Shown here piece after piece: positions 17,185-26,156 of a stretch of 26,156 bases of DNA. Under the pieces are notes generated by a model, which saw only the letters and a program-made list of their open reading frames with translations, had not been told where the DNA came from and did no database searches. The stretch is from Candidatus Heimdallarchaeota archaeon (GTDB lineage Archaea > Asgardarchaeota > Wukongarchaeia > Wukongarchaeales > JBHIFL01): NCBI GenBank assembly GCA_046761065.1, contig JBHIFL010000059.1, forward strand, positions 1 through 26,156. The letters are read 5' to 3'. Each line of letters opens with the position of its first letter. The first letter of the stretch is position 1. The position numbers and the translations under genes are program-made.

Positions 17185-19053
17185 TTACTCTCTCTTGGGT
17201 AACCAATGTTTTTTAATAAGTTTTCTTTGAGTATCACCTAGTACTTCATCTTCTCCTACAATAAATTCAAGTTTTCTCCCTTTTGATTCAGTTAAAATTA
17301 ATTGTGGATCTTTTTGAAAAAGTGATTCGATCCTTTTAGCAAATAAGCTATCGTAATTTTGTAAATCTTCAATGATTCTTTCTTGTGTTTTAGTTAAATC
17401 GATCCTTTCACCTTCTTGAATTTGAAAGCCCAAAATATTGACAATTTGTCCGTGTGGTGTTTCAAGGACGGTTAAAAACGGCAGTTGAACAAATGAATAA
17501 TCTGTAGTTTCCATTACCGTGAGAAGGCCTCCAAGGATCTGCACATATACAACTATTCCCTTGATTTCAATGACTTTGGCAAGTCCACCTAATATTTGCA
17601 CCAACTCTATTTCACTAGACTCAAAGACATAAATCCCTGGGAATCGTACCATGGTATACTCCTTTGTTTCTGTAATGGCATACTTAGATGGATCAAGAAC
17701 CGAATAAAATAGCTTTCTCGGGCCTTTCCAGGATTTGAGATCATTTAGTGCGCTTTTAGCCACCTCAAAAATCTCTGTCAAACTATTTAAGCCCACAACC
17801 ATCAATTCGGCTTTTGACAAATCAACTAGTTCTTTAGGGACCAATTGCGCTGTAATTGATTTCCATTCTTCAGGAGGCATCCATAATGATATAGGTCCCC
17901 GGATTTCCGTTTTAATTGTATCTTCCCCTTCAGTTTCAGTTTCCATCTCTGATTCACCCATGAGAACTAAAGCGGTACCTTTCGGTGTAACAGAAGGAAC
18001 TATAATTGATCCTTGACTCGCGGTCAACGTTGTTTTTCCTTTACTAATAACTTTCATACCATCTTTTGGGATTGTGTAAACTTTCTCGGGTTTCTGAAAT
18101 TCTATCTCCCTTACTGTTTTCGCAAAATTTTGCACACGATTACCTAACTGACTAGTAGGATCAATTGTCTGATCAGAAATAGATCCTAATAGCGAGCTTA
18201 ATCGTTGTTCTGCTGGTTTCTTGGGTGCGAGTATCCAAAGAAATCCTACAACAAGACCAATAAATGCAAGATATTGAAAGAGATCACGGTAAATAACTAG
18301 CCAATCCAATAAGAGAAAGATCAAGAGAGTAATACCACTAAAAAATAATGCGTCACGAAATCGCTCTGTTCGCGATTTTAGAGCCATAAATTGCTCAAAT
18401 AATGAGCTAATACTTAACAAACGGAGAGGAGGAATCCCTGGAAGTAAGTTACCAAGTAAAAATGCAACATAGGCCAATAATAGTAATAGTTCAATATCAA
18501 TTGGGATAATAGATACAGGATGATAAAGATTGATCCCTTTAAAAACAAATAATACCAGAATTGCCTTCCAAAATCCTTGCAAAATCCCCCCAATATAAAA
18601 TATATAGCCTAACTTTAGGGTTTCAGGGGATAAACTTTTCCCCAGAATTACAAGAGGGATCAGAATACTTACGATTGTTCTTTCAGTTTCTCTAAAGGTG
18701 ATTGGGAATGAAACATCCCAAAATTCCAAGACAGGTTCTTTAGAAGTTAAACGGAGAATTAGAACATAAAAGATGAGAATTTTAACTGCGCGATTTAAGG
18801 AAGAAGAGGACGATTGATCTTCTCTTATGAAGATATAGAGTGGAATCACGACGAATAACCCAATCGCAACAAAAAACAATGACGCACGAAATATTGCGTT
18901 CTCTTGGAATATTACCGAAGAAATCCACCATATAAACAACACAAGCAGGAATATCTTATCAAGGAATGTTCGTGGTTTCAGAAATTGCTCTGTTTGATGG
19001 GGTGCAAAACTTTCTACAGAATGATATTTCTGAATTCGCTTAAGATTTTCCAT
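17185..19053 (-). CDS. Hypothetical polytopic membrane protein with a large soluble C-terminal domain containing beta-hairpin repeats
   Basis: 622 aa, with multiple hydrophobic helices in the N-terminal ~275 aa and tandem V-x-E...V-x-(I/L)-x-G repeats near the C-terminus. Confidence 0.8.
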   Translation of the reverse strand: MENLKRIQKYHSVESFAPHQTEQFLKPRTFLDKIFLLVLFIWWISSVIFQENAIFRASLFFVAIGLFVVIPLYIFIREDQSSSSSLNRAVKILIFYVLILRLTSKEPVLEFWDVSFPITFRETERTIVSILIPLVILGKSLSPETLKLGYIFYIGGILQGFWKAILVLFVFKGINLYHPVSIIPIDIELLLLLAYVAFLLGNLLPGIPPLRLLSISSLFEQFMALKSRTERFRDALFFSGITLLIFLLLDWLVIYRDLFQYLAFIGLVVGFLWILAPKKPAEQRLSSLLGSISDQTIDPTSQLGNRVQNFAKTVREIEFQKPEKVYTIPKDGMKVISKGKTTLTASQGSIIVPSVTPKGTALVLMGESEMETETEGEDTIKTEIRGPISLWMPPEEWKSITAQLVPKELVDLSKAELMVVGLNSLTEIFEVAKSALNDLKSWKGPRKLFYSVLDPSKYAITETKEYTMVRFPGIYVFESSEIELVQILGGLAKVIEIKGIVVYVQILGGLLTVMETTDYSFVQLPFLTVLETPHGQIVNILGFQIQEGERIDLTKTQERIIEDLQNYDSLFAKRIESLFQKDPQLILTESKGRKLEFIVGEDEVLGDTQRKLIKKHWLPKRE

Positions 19054-19298
19054 CGCATATTCACCATCAACGATTTACTCAGTTATGAAAACTTCTACTG
19101 GTATTTCTTATCTGAACTTTTTACTAAAAAAACGAATTAAGTCACAATTATACCTATCTCTCTATTGATGTCTATTACATTTTTTCATCACCACTTTTAC
19201 AAAACTTGACTAGTGTTCAGTCAACTGTAACCAATCTGAAAAAAGTAAAATTCCTTCCTACCCCCACCTTGAGGTATACTCAAAATTCTAGGACTATG

Positions 19299-21134
19299 CT
19301 ATTCCCTAAATTTCTGAAAGACCCGATCCAGTTCCTCCAAGCCGAGCTCATTGAGCCGTTCTTGCGAGGGAATTCCCCGTTCATCCCAACCCAAGCCTGC
19401 ATAGTACTTCTTGACTCCGCGTTTTATGGACTCCCTGTCATCGGCTTTTCCTTTGAAGGGGCCGCTCGGTAGGGGTTCATAGAACCTTGGTGGGTTGTCG
19501 TCATCTTTATCGGGATCCCAAAACACATCCGGTCCCGCCTCGAGGAGAGCCGCACGCTGGATCGTCAAGATTCGGGGGGCGAGTTCTTGGTCCCAGCGCT
19601 CTTTCGTAATCTCCCAGCCGGTAACCGCCTGAGCGAACTCCCAGAGAAATTCTTTGCTATATGCGAACGCGCAGACGACGGCGGTATCACAAAATACCCA
19701 GTCCCACATATGGGCGGTGGAAGTATGGTCTCCAGCTTGAACTGAAGCAGCATAGTCATAATCTTTAACATAATCTTTTCCAGAGCGGGTTCCGTGAGCG
19801 CCAATCGTGATTCCCTTGACATGAACCACATAAGGCATTAAATCGGCTCCTTTCATCTCACCTAAGCGTAGAGCCGCCCTGTAGGTACCTTCGGCAAGGA
19901 TGTCACCCACCCCTTGGCGATCAACGATCAGATGCGCCAATTTAGTGAAAGCGGCAGCATCGCCCCAATTTAGCTCAAACCCAAGATCCTCTTTGGTCAA
20001 GAATCCGCGTTGGTAGAGTTCAGCCGCCCAGCCCATGGTGTTCGCAGTATTTATTCCACCAAGTCCAAGATTATCTATAACTGCGCTCATGTGAATGGTA
20101 TCACCTGTGTCAAAGATTCCTAAATTTGGTCCTAAATAGGCTTGGAGCTCATAATCTGGCAGGTCAGTGATATCCCCCTTCCATCGACCGGTTTTGATGC
20201 ACGATATGCTCATGCAGCTGGTTGTGCAATTGAAGTCGGCGTGATACCGTTTTACCCAGTATCGAGTATCAAACCTTGGGCCTCCAAACCGTTTCTCGTT
20301 GTGCCATTCTTCTTGCCAGTTCCTTATCGGCTCCGAACTGGTATCTGCCCCGACCTCGTAGCCTGCATAACCCGTACCCCACCTTCGAAATACATCATCT
20401 GATATCAGGGACTGGTGGATCTTCCGCCAGAGACGAATTGTGCTTTCTGAATCTGCCACTTCAGGCAGCGGCCCTCGGCCTTTTGCGACGATAGCCTTAA
20501 GTTGTTTGGTCCCCATCACTGCTCCATAGCCACCGTATCCAGCTGCATGGAATAGTTTAGTCATTACTGGGGCATTTCGGACGCGATTTTCACCTCCTGG
20601 GCCGATGTAAAGGATACCGGGTTCTCGCCATAATCCAACCCCGGGGTGGCGACGACTTAGTTCGTCAATTATCTCTGTATTAAGTTGTTTTAGGGTCTCC
20701 TCTCCGGTTAAACCCCAAAGATGGCTTGCATCACGAAGTTCTGCCCCCCCATCGGTGATGAGTAGATAAATAGGGGTTGATGCTTGCCCGGTAACAAAGA
20801 CCCCATCGAATCCTGCGCTTTTGAGTTCGGCAGCAAACTCGGAACTTGTAGTCGAACTGATGATACCATTACAGGTCGGAGATTTCCCAGAAACACAAAC
20901 CCTTGCTCCAGGGTGGATTGCTGTTAAAGGACCCGTTAAGATGGTGAGGATATTTTCTGGACCAAGCGGATCTATTTCACTCCATCGAGGGCCTAAACGA
21001 TCCCATAATATCTTGGCCGCTAGGCCACGTCCCCCGATATACTTTGCAAGGATTTCTTCGTCGAAAGAGATTTGTTGAATAGCTTCTCGAGTTAGGTCAA
21101 CGTCAAGCCATTTACCAGCGTAACCTCGGGGCAT
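19299..21134 (-). CDS. Tungsten-family aldehyde:ferredoxin oxidoreductase, WOR5 large subunit-like
   Basis: GYAGKWLDVDL, YIGGRGLA, GPENIL, SGKSP, ELKSAGFDG, IGPGGEN, GYGAVMGTKQLKA, DYEL, GDILAEG and YYAGLGWDERGIP are AOR-family motifs. GAHG-x-RS resembles the WOR5 clade. Confidence 0.92.
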   Translation of the reverse strand: MPRGYAGKWLDVDLTREAIQQISFDEEILAKYIGGRGLAAKILWDRLGPRWSEIDPLGPENILTILTGPLTAIHPGARVCVSGKSPTCNGIISSTTSSEFAAELKSAGFDGVFVTGQASTPIYLLITDGGAELRDASHLWGLTGEETLKQLNTEIIDELSRRHPGVGLWREPGILYIGPGGENRVRNAPVMTKLFHAAGYGGYGAVMGTKQLKAIVAKGRGPLPEVADSESTIRLWRKIHQSLISDDVFRRWGTGYAGYEVGADTSSEPIRNWQEEWHNEKRFGGPRFDTRYWVKRYHADFNCTTSCMSISCIKTGRWKGDITDLPDYELQAYLGPNLGIFDTGDTIHMSAVIDNLGLGGINTANTMGWAAELYQRGFLTKEDLGFELNWGDAAAFTKLAHLIVDRQGVGDILAEGTYRAALRLGEMKGADLMPYVVHVKGITIGAHGTRSGKDYVKDYDYAASVQAGDHTSTAHMWDWVFCDTAVVCAFAYSKEFLWEFAQAVTGWEITKERWDQELAPRILTIQRAALLEAGPDVFWDPDKDDDNPPRFYEPLPSGPFKGKADDRESIKRGVKKYYAGLGWDERGIPSQERLNELGLEELDRVFQKFRE

Positions 21135-21662
21135 TTAAATGACCTCCTCACCTTTTTCCGCAAATAGATTCACTGCAAGATCTTTCGCCACCTCTTTGGG
21201 ATGCTGAGCGAAGAGATGCCGATGGACATTCATCTTCTCATAGACTACATAGAGCGCATCATATTTGGCTTCGTGGCAGACTTTGACACATTCGGGATCG
21301 CCTCCACACAGATCACAGATGGTCACTCTCCCATCGCCCGGATGAAGGAAAGGTACGGTTCCCGGACACTCTTCGATGCAGATTCCACATGCCGTACATA
21401 TTTCTCGGTCAACTAATACTGCACTAGTTTTCTCATTTATAGACAGTGCCCCTTCTGGGCAAGCGTTTACACATGGGTAATCATGGCATTGCGCACAGAA
21501 ATGTGGGACTTCCACACCTGGAAAATACATAAAGACCCGAATACGAGAAGCTTCAGGCCACATTTTACCTTCATGCTTGAAAGAACAGGCTAACTCGCAT
21601 CTTTGGCAGCCAGAACACTTAATATAGTCACGAACAATCCAAAGAGGATTTTCCATACTCAA
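21135..21662 (-). CDS. Polyferredoxin (4x[4Fe-4S]) small subunit, WOR5S-like
   Basis: CSGCQRCELAC, CAQCHDYPCVNACP, CTACGICIEECP and CDLCGGDPECVKVC motifs. Its stop codon directly abuts the ATG of the large subunit. Confidence 0.92.
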   Translation of the reverse strand: MSMENPLWIVRDYIKCSGCQRCELACSFKHEGKMWPEASRIRVFMYFPGVEVPHFCAQCHDYPCVNACPEGALSINEKTSAVLVDREICTACGICIEECPGTVPFLHPGDGRVTICDLCGGDPECVKVCHEAKYDALYVVYEKMNVHRHLFAQHPKEVAKDLAVNLFAEKGEEVI

Positions 21663-21849
21663 AAGAAATCACAACATGAAATTTTGGTATGGTTTAAGGT
21701 TTCCTAAAATAAATTCTTTGGTGCAATATTATCATGTATTTCGTCAAGTTATTTGACTTCAGCCAAATTCTGAAGGTGACACACAATATTTTAAAGTAGA
21801 TATGCAGGATGTGAATATTGATCTGATAGGAAAATGGTGTGGAACTCTC

Positions 21850-22368
21850 ATGAAGTGGGTAACACGAAGACATGTTCATGTGGATCGAATTGCAAGTCCT
21901 TGGTTGATCAAGAAGTTCATTGATCCGGAAGCCGAGTTCAACTTTGTCCCATGGCCGGGAACCGAGCTGAAACCAGAAGATGGGATTCCAATTGACATTC
22001 CTGGGGTTGAATTGGGTCACTACAACAATAAATGCACTTTTGAAACAATAATTGAGAAATACAACCTTTTAGATAAAGATCCAGTACTAGCAGACATGGC
22101 GAAAATCATTCATGGGGCGGATGTAGCTGCAGATATGGCAAATATCCCCGAAGCAGCAGGGCTCGAAGTGATCTCTGGAGGGATGATTTGGATTAGTAAG
22201 GATGACCAAGAAGCGCTTGAGAAAGGATTCTTACTTTATGATGCCTTGTATGCGAATCTAAAAGTCCGACGACTTAGAAAAAAGCACCAGTCCCAAATAA
22301 AGAAAATGAGTCGTAACGAAGCGCTTGCATTTTTACGAAAGCATCTAAAAAACCAATCAAATGGATAA
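21850..22368 (+). CDS. ChrB C-terminal domain (chromate resistance protein-like), stand-alone
   Basis: MKWVTR-x4-VDRIASPWLIKKFIDPEAEF, H-x4-CTFE, IIHGAD, PEAAGL and YDALY motifs. The likely start is the ATG at 21850. Confidence 0.88.
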   Translation: MKWVTRRHVHVDRIASPWLIKKFIDPEAEFNFVPWPGTELKPEDGIPIDIPGVELGHYNNKCTFETIIEKYNLLDKDPVLADMAKIIHGADVAADMANIPEAAGLEVISGGMIWISKDDQEALEKGFLLYDALYANLKVRRLRKKHQSQIKKMSRNEALAFLRKHLKNQSNG

Positions 22369-22474
22369 TAAAAGCCAGCGCTAGAAATATCTTCTGAGTT
22401 ATAATTGATACCAACAAAGGACTAAACTCAAAAACGTATCTCAACTGGTGACAAAAACCGGGAAGAATCAATAG

Positions 22475-23668
22475 ATGAAACAGCGCGTAATATTTGGCAT
22501 TCTTTGTACGGTTGGTTTGTTTGCAATCCTTAGTTCGACCATGTCCAAGAGCCCTGTTCTACCGCTTTTTGCAAAACACTTAGGTGCAAATGAACCGGAG
22601 ATTGGAGTGATTGCTGCAGCATCCACAATTCCAGGAATTCTTCTAAGCATACCAGCAGGAGCTCTTTCAGATGTTTATGGGCGTAGACGAATCATCTGGT
22701 TTTCCCTATTGATTTTCAGTTCAGCTCCTCTCCTGTATCTCTTGGTGACAGTTCCATGGCAGTTAATGGTAGTTCGGTTCTATCATGGCTTTGCAACAGC
22801 AATTTTTGGGCCTGTGATTATGGCTATGATAGCAGAACGGTATCCAACGCGCCGAGGAGAGCGAATGGGCCTGTTTTCGTCTGCTACCTTGGCGGGGCGT
22901 TCGGTAGCTCCCTTCATGGGAGGAATTTTGTTAACAATAGCTAGTTTTCAGGCAGTTTACCTTGCATGCGCCGTGAGTGCAGGTCTTGCTCTGCTTATCG
23001 CATTACTCATCCCAAAAGATACCCCACAGTATCAAGTAACGCAAAACCCTCAAGCTCAAAGTCGGGTTCGAACAACTCAGGGGCTTCGGGAAGTAGTTGG
23101 AAATTTTCGGATTATGGTAACCAGTTCCATGGAAGCCGTTCAGTTCTTTGTCTATGGGGCTGTTGAAGTCTTTCTAATTTTATATGCCAATTCTATTGGG
23201 TTAGAGAATTTACAGCTTGGTATCATAGGGGGGATCCCGATTGTAGTTGCGGGTGTCACCAAACCCATTCTAGGGCATCTCTCTGATTGTGTAGGGCGAA
23301 AACCATTAATTGTGGCAGGATTGGTTGTTGGGGCTGTAATTGTGGCAACATTTCAGGTATTTACGTCGTTCTTCGCACTTTCTCTTGTTTCATTGGCATT
23401 TGGGCTAGCCTTTGCTACAGTAACGTCTTCGACCTCAGCGTTTGTGGCAGATGTTTGTAAGGAAGATTCATTTGGAGCAGCGCTTGGAGTGTTGAGTACG
23501 ATCATGGATATTGGCCAAGCAGCAGGACCACCAATCATTGGGATAGTGACATGGAAGTATGGGTACGGTGCCACATTCACGATTCTGGGAAGTGTACTCC
23601 TTGTAGCAGGGCTTATCTTCTTTATAACGATCAAACAGCCACAAAGAAGGATGAGAAAAATCGTATGA
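22475..23668 (+). CDS. Major facilitator superfamily transporter
   Basis: About 12 hydrophobic helices, with motif A GALSDVYGRR and its repeat GHLSDCVGRK. Confidence 0.93.
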   Translation: MKQRVIFGILCTVGLFAILSSTMSKSPVLPLFAKHLGANEPEIGVIAAASTIPGILLSIPAGALSDVYGRRRIIWFSLLIFSSAPLLYLLVTVPWQLMVVRFYHGFATAIFGPVIMAMIAERYPTRRGERMGLFSSATLAGRSVAPFMGGILLTIASFQAVYLACAVSAGLALLIALLIPKDTPQYQVTQNPQAQSRVRTTQGLREVVGNFRIMVTSSMEAVQFFVYGAVEVFLILYANSIGLENLQLGIIGGIPIVVAGVTKPILGHLSDCVGRKPLIVAGLVVGAVIVATFQVFTSFFALSLVSLAFGLAFATVTSSTSAFVADVCKEDSFGAALGVLSTIMDIGQAAGPPIIGIVTWKYGYGATFTILGSVLLVAGLIFFITIKQPQRRMRKIV

Positions 23669-23731
23669 TTAAACAATAAATGAAAAATCTTTATTAGCCT
23701 TGTGTGTGATATTTTTACGATAACGCTACTC

Positions 23732-24349
23732 TTACGTTGTGGAATGAGAGGTCAAACGCGTAGCCTGAACTTTTAACAATAGGACTACCCAAATATCAAT
23801 GATTACAATGCCATAAGCTTCTATAGATGCGACTGATGGCCATTGGATAACTGCAGCACCTATTGGTCCGAAGATCCCCAGTATAAGAATTACTTTTCCA
23901 AAATTCTTCCAATCATTCAACATAAGTCCTATCCCCCAAGCGAGCATGGCGAGCTCCGCTTGGGTAAAAAACCATGAAGAGACAAAACTGTGTGGTTGAG
24001 TTCCAGAAGGATAGATGCCAATTAGAGCTAAGAAAATCCCTGCGATAAATATGAAAGCTCCCCCAATAGTCTCTGCTTTATTAGTCGCATCCTGTATGAG
24101 GGTGAAGGAGTAGAGGAGTATTAGGACACCTAACGCTATCATCCCCCAATTATAGATCCCTGGTTTTTGCGCCTCTGGACCACCTAAATCACTAAAAGCG
24201 TGTTCAGTGAAAATGAACCATGAATTATAATGGATAGAGAGTAAACTAATGATATAGAAGAGGGTAGCTGCTATTAAACCAGTAAATCGAAACAGTTTAC
24301 CAATTGGCTTATTTAGAAAATTCCATTGTATAATATTCTCAAAGACCAT
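23732..24349 (-). CDS. DUF998 family membrane protein
   Basis: WF-x5-AFSDLG, FLALIGIYP and H-x-FVS-x-WFF motifs with multiple TM helices. The ATG at 24349 follows GAGGTG. Confidence 0.8.
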   Translation of the reverse strand: MVFENIIQWNFLNKPIGKLFRFTGLIAATLFYIISLLSIHYNSWFIFTEHAFSDLGGPEAQKPGIYNWGMIALGVLILLYSFTLIQDATNKAETIGGAFIFIAGIFLALIGIYPSGTQPHSFVSSWFFTQAELAMLAWGIGLMLNDWKNFGKVILILGIFGPIGAAVIQWPSVASIEAYGIVIIDIWVVLLLKVQATRLTSHSTT

Positions 24350-24424
24350 TTGATGAACACCTCGCAATAAAGGCTCCAATTTACACTTATATATTGATTA
24401 TTCTACCAAGATTACGAGTAAACG

Positions 24425-26059
24425 TTATAATACTCCTTTTAAGGTGTAATCGTTTTTTTGTATTATTTCCGAATAAATTCGATCAAGTTCAACTGCAGTA
24501 CTTTCCCAGCTATACTTTAACACAGCTACTCTGCGAAGGTGTGATGAAATTTTGGGTTTTTTCTCAATCAGCTTCGTTAATTTCTCAATTAATCGTGGAA
24601 TAATTTCTGCACCGCTGTTTGGAAGTGTGAGCAACGGAAAAATAGAACCCGGAAGAAAATCTTTGAATTGGTCAAGAATCTCTTTAAATCCGCTAAAATA
24701 CGAAGCTATTGGGATCACACCACATGAAGCAGCCTCGACGAGAACTAATCCAAATGATTCAGGCACGAGGGAAGGAAAGCATGCCCACTCGGCAAGAGCT
24801 AATAAAGGCGCAAAGTAGCCATGCTCTAAAAACCCGGTAAAGATCACATGGGAAGGATTAAATCGATAAGATTGAAATTTCATTGCTTCTTTGGAAGTTA
24901 TAAATTGGGTTAATGGCTCCCAAAGATATCCTTTTCCATTAAAGTTAGTTCTTGCCCATTTGATTAGAGCTTTTAGCATTTCGAGATTTCCCACACTTCC
25001 CGCGTGAACGACCCACTCACTCCATTCTCTCATGGGTCCTGCACCAACAATTAGTACCTTTAAATCAGGATAATGCGATAAAAGAGGAATTATAGCACCA
25101 AGAAAAACATGAATTCCTTTTCCGACAATCAACCGTCCAGAAAACATTAATAACCGATCTGTCAACGGATTAATGCCTTTCAATTTATATATAATCGATT
25201 CATCCGGCTTTTTTTGCGAATAAGAAGGAACACTTCTCAAAATCTCATCGATTGAATCTTGATTCATTGAAGAGATCTTATTGAGAAATACCGATTCATC
25301 CTTCCTAGTTTTTCCTCCCGAACTTTGAGATAGCTGCTTTCTTAACGTGGTTAAAACAGATTTTTTATTTTCTATAAAAATGGGTGTAAATAAATTGGTG
25401 TCGACACCTAAAGACACAATCCGCATTTTATCTAGTAAACCAGATAAATATCTTTTAAAAACGTGTATAAGCCTGTCACGAAAGTACGAATTCCCTGTAA
25501 CAACACAAGATGCATTCCTCAACCCTTCAATGGCGAAATATTCATACCGTGGATCTTTTTGAATAGTATAAACTAAAGAGCTTCCGTGAGGAGTTATGAT
25601 GTAAGGGATTTGATATTTTTGCTGCAATAAACCAGCAAAATATGGCATCATAATAAGATGATTTGAATGAACAATATCATAATTAAAACGCTCAAAAAAC
25701 ATTGTATACGCAGAAAGATTATGATTTGTGTAATCTCCCAACTCTTTTTGGGAAAGTTTGATAAATAACTTAACTTGACGGATATCAGGATACTTATCCA
25801 TTACATATACAGGTAACAATTCTAACATAGGATTAATCAGTATCGCACCAGTCTCTCCTTCACGATAATAATACTCACTTGGATGACAATCTTCAACTCG
25901 AATAGCTCTTTTGATAAAAGGATAGCGTTCTGGATGACATTCTTGACAAAAAAGGTGAACCTCATGCCCCAATTTTATGAGTTCGTTTGTGACATGCTGA
26001 ACGTAAATATTACTTCCTGTGCCATGAAGTAAGTATCCATGGAACATGGCAATTTTCAT
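24425..26059 (-). CDS. Glycosyltransferase family 4 (GT-B)
   Basis: HGYLLHGTGSNIY N-terminus, HSNH, TPHGS, LGVD, FSGRL-x3-KG, and the E-x7-E motif (PESFGLVLVEAASCG). Confidence 0.92.
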   Translation of the reverse strand: MKIAMFHGYLLHGTGSNIYVQHVTNELIKLGHEVHLFCQECHPERYPFIKRAIRVEDCHPSEYYYREGETGAILINPMLELLPVYVMDKYPDIRQVKLFIKLSQKELGDYTNHNLSAYTMFFERFNYDIVHSNHLIMMPYFAGLLQQKYQIPYIITPHGSSLVYTIQKDPRYEYFAIEGLRNASCVVTGNSYFRDRLIHVFKRYLSGLLDKMRIVSLGVDTNLFTPIFIENKKSVLTTLRKQLSQSSGGKTRKDESVFLNKISSMNQDSIDEILRSVPSYSQKKPDESIIYKLKGINPLTDRLLMFSGRLIVGKGIHVFLGAIIPLLSHYPDLKVLIVGAGPMREWSEWVVHAGSVGNLEMLKALIKWARTNFNGKGYLWEPLTQFITSKEAMKFQSYRFNPSHVIFTGFLEHGYFAPLLALAEWACFPSLVPESFGLVLVEAASCGVIPIASYFSGFKEILDQFKDFLPGSIFPLLTLPNSGAEIIPRLIEKLTKLIEKKPKISSHLRRVAVLKYSWESTAVELDRIYSEIIQKNDYTLKGVL

Positions 26060-26156
26060 TTAACCCACTCAAAAAATGGCTGTCTTTTTATGTTCTAACT
26101 CATTTTAACATTTGTTAATTCAAATACTATGTTGAATCAAGAGGCTTGAGATATTG

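Noticed and set aside
19206-21416. Multiple + strand ORFs overlapping the WOR5 genes, and similar antisense ORFs over LUD, MFS and GT4
   Set aside because: They are shadow ORFs opposite well-supported genes and have no motifs.
1-26156. CRISPR arrays, rRNA, selenoprotein TGA read-through/SECIS, prophage genes
   Set aside because: No regularly spaced repeats, rRNA-like sequence, conserved in-frame TGA extensions or viral hallmark genes were seen. A covariance-model search (Infernal/Rfam) would be needed to exclude small ncRNAs.

Overview
Archaeal chromosomal segment, shown by an HMfB-type histone, TATA-like promoters, a Ptr2/Lrp-type regulator and a tungsten-family aldehyde oxidoreductase. An Asgard (Heimdallarchaeia-like) origin is a plausible inference from gene content but cannot be proven here. 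It is mostly a mosaic of metabolic and housekeeping genes: a degenerate PD-(D/E)XK (Mrr-like) protein, histone, Zn-dependent dehydrogenase, Lrp regulator, secreted alpha/beta hydrolase, glnA, a LUD/CCG Fe-S pair, tRNA-Cys, a tubby/LURP-like protein, a decayed IS4-family element, a transglutaminase-like membrane protein, a reductive dehalogenase/QueG-like protein, a saccharopine/lysine dehydrogenase, a PPOX-class oxidoreductase, a large membrane protein with beta-hairpin repeats, a WOR5-like large/small subunit pair, ChrB-C plus MFS, DUF998 and a GT4 glycosyltransferase. No CRISPR array, rRNA or prophage was seen. The best leads are: (i) a slippery G_GGA_AAA_AAA site plus hairpin joining the transglutaminase gene in the -1 frame to an unannotated zinc-ribbon ORF; (ii) a catalytically degenerate Mrr-like protein next to the histone that resembles the eukaryotic Rpb5 jaw domain; (iii) a tubby/scramblase-like protein; (iv) paired palindromic operators upstream of glnA; (v) a WOR5/ASOR-like tungstoenzyme. 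All family calls come from motif recognition by eye, not database searches.
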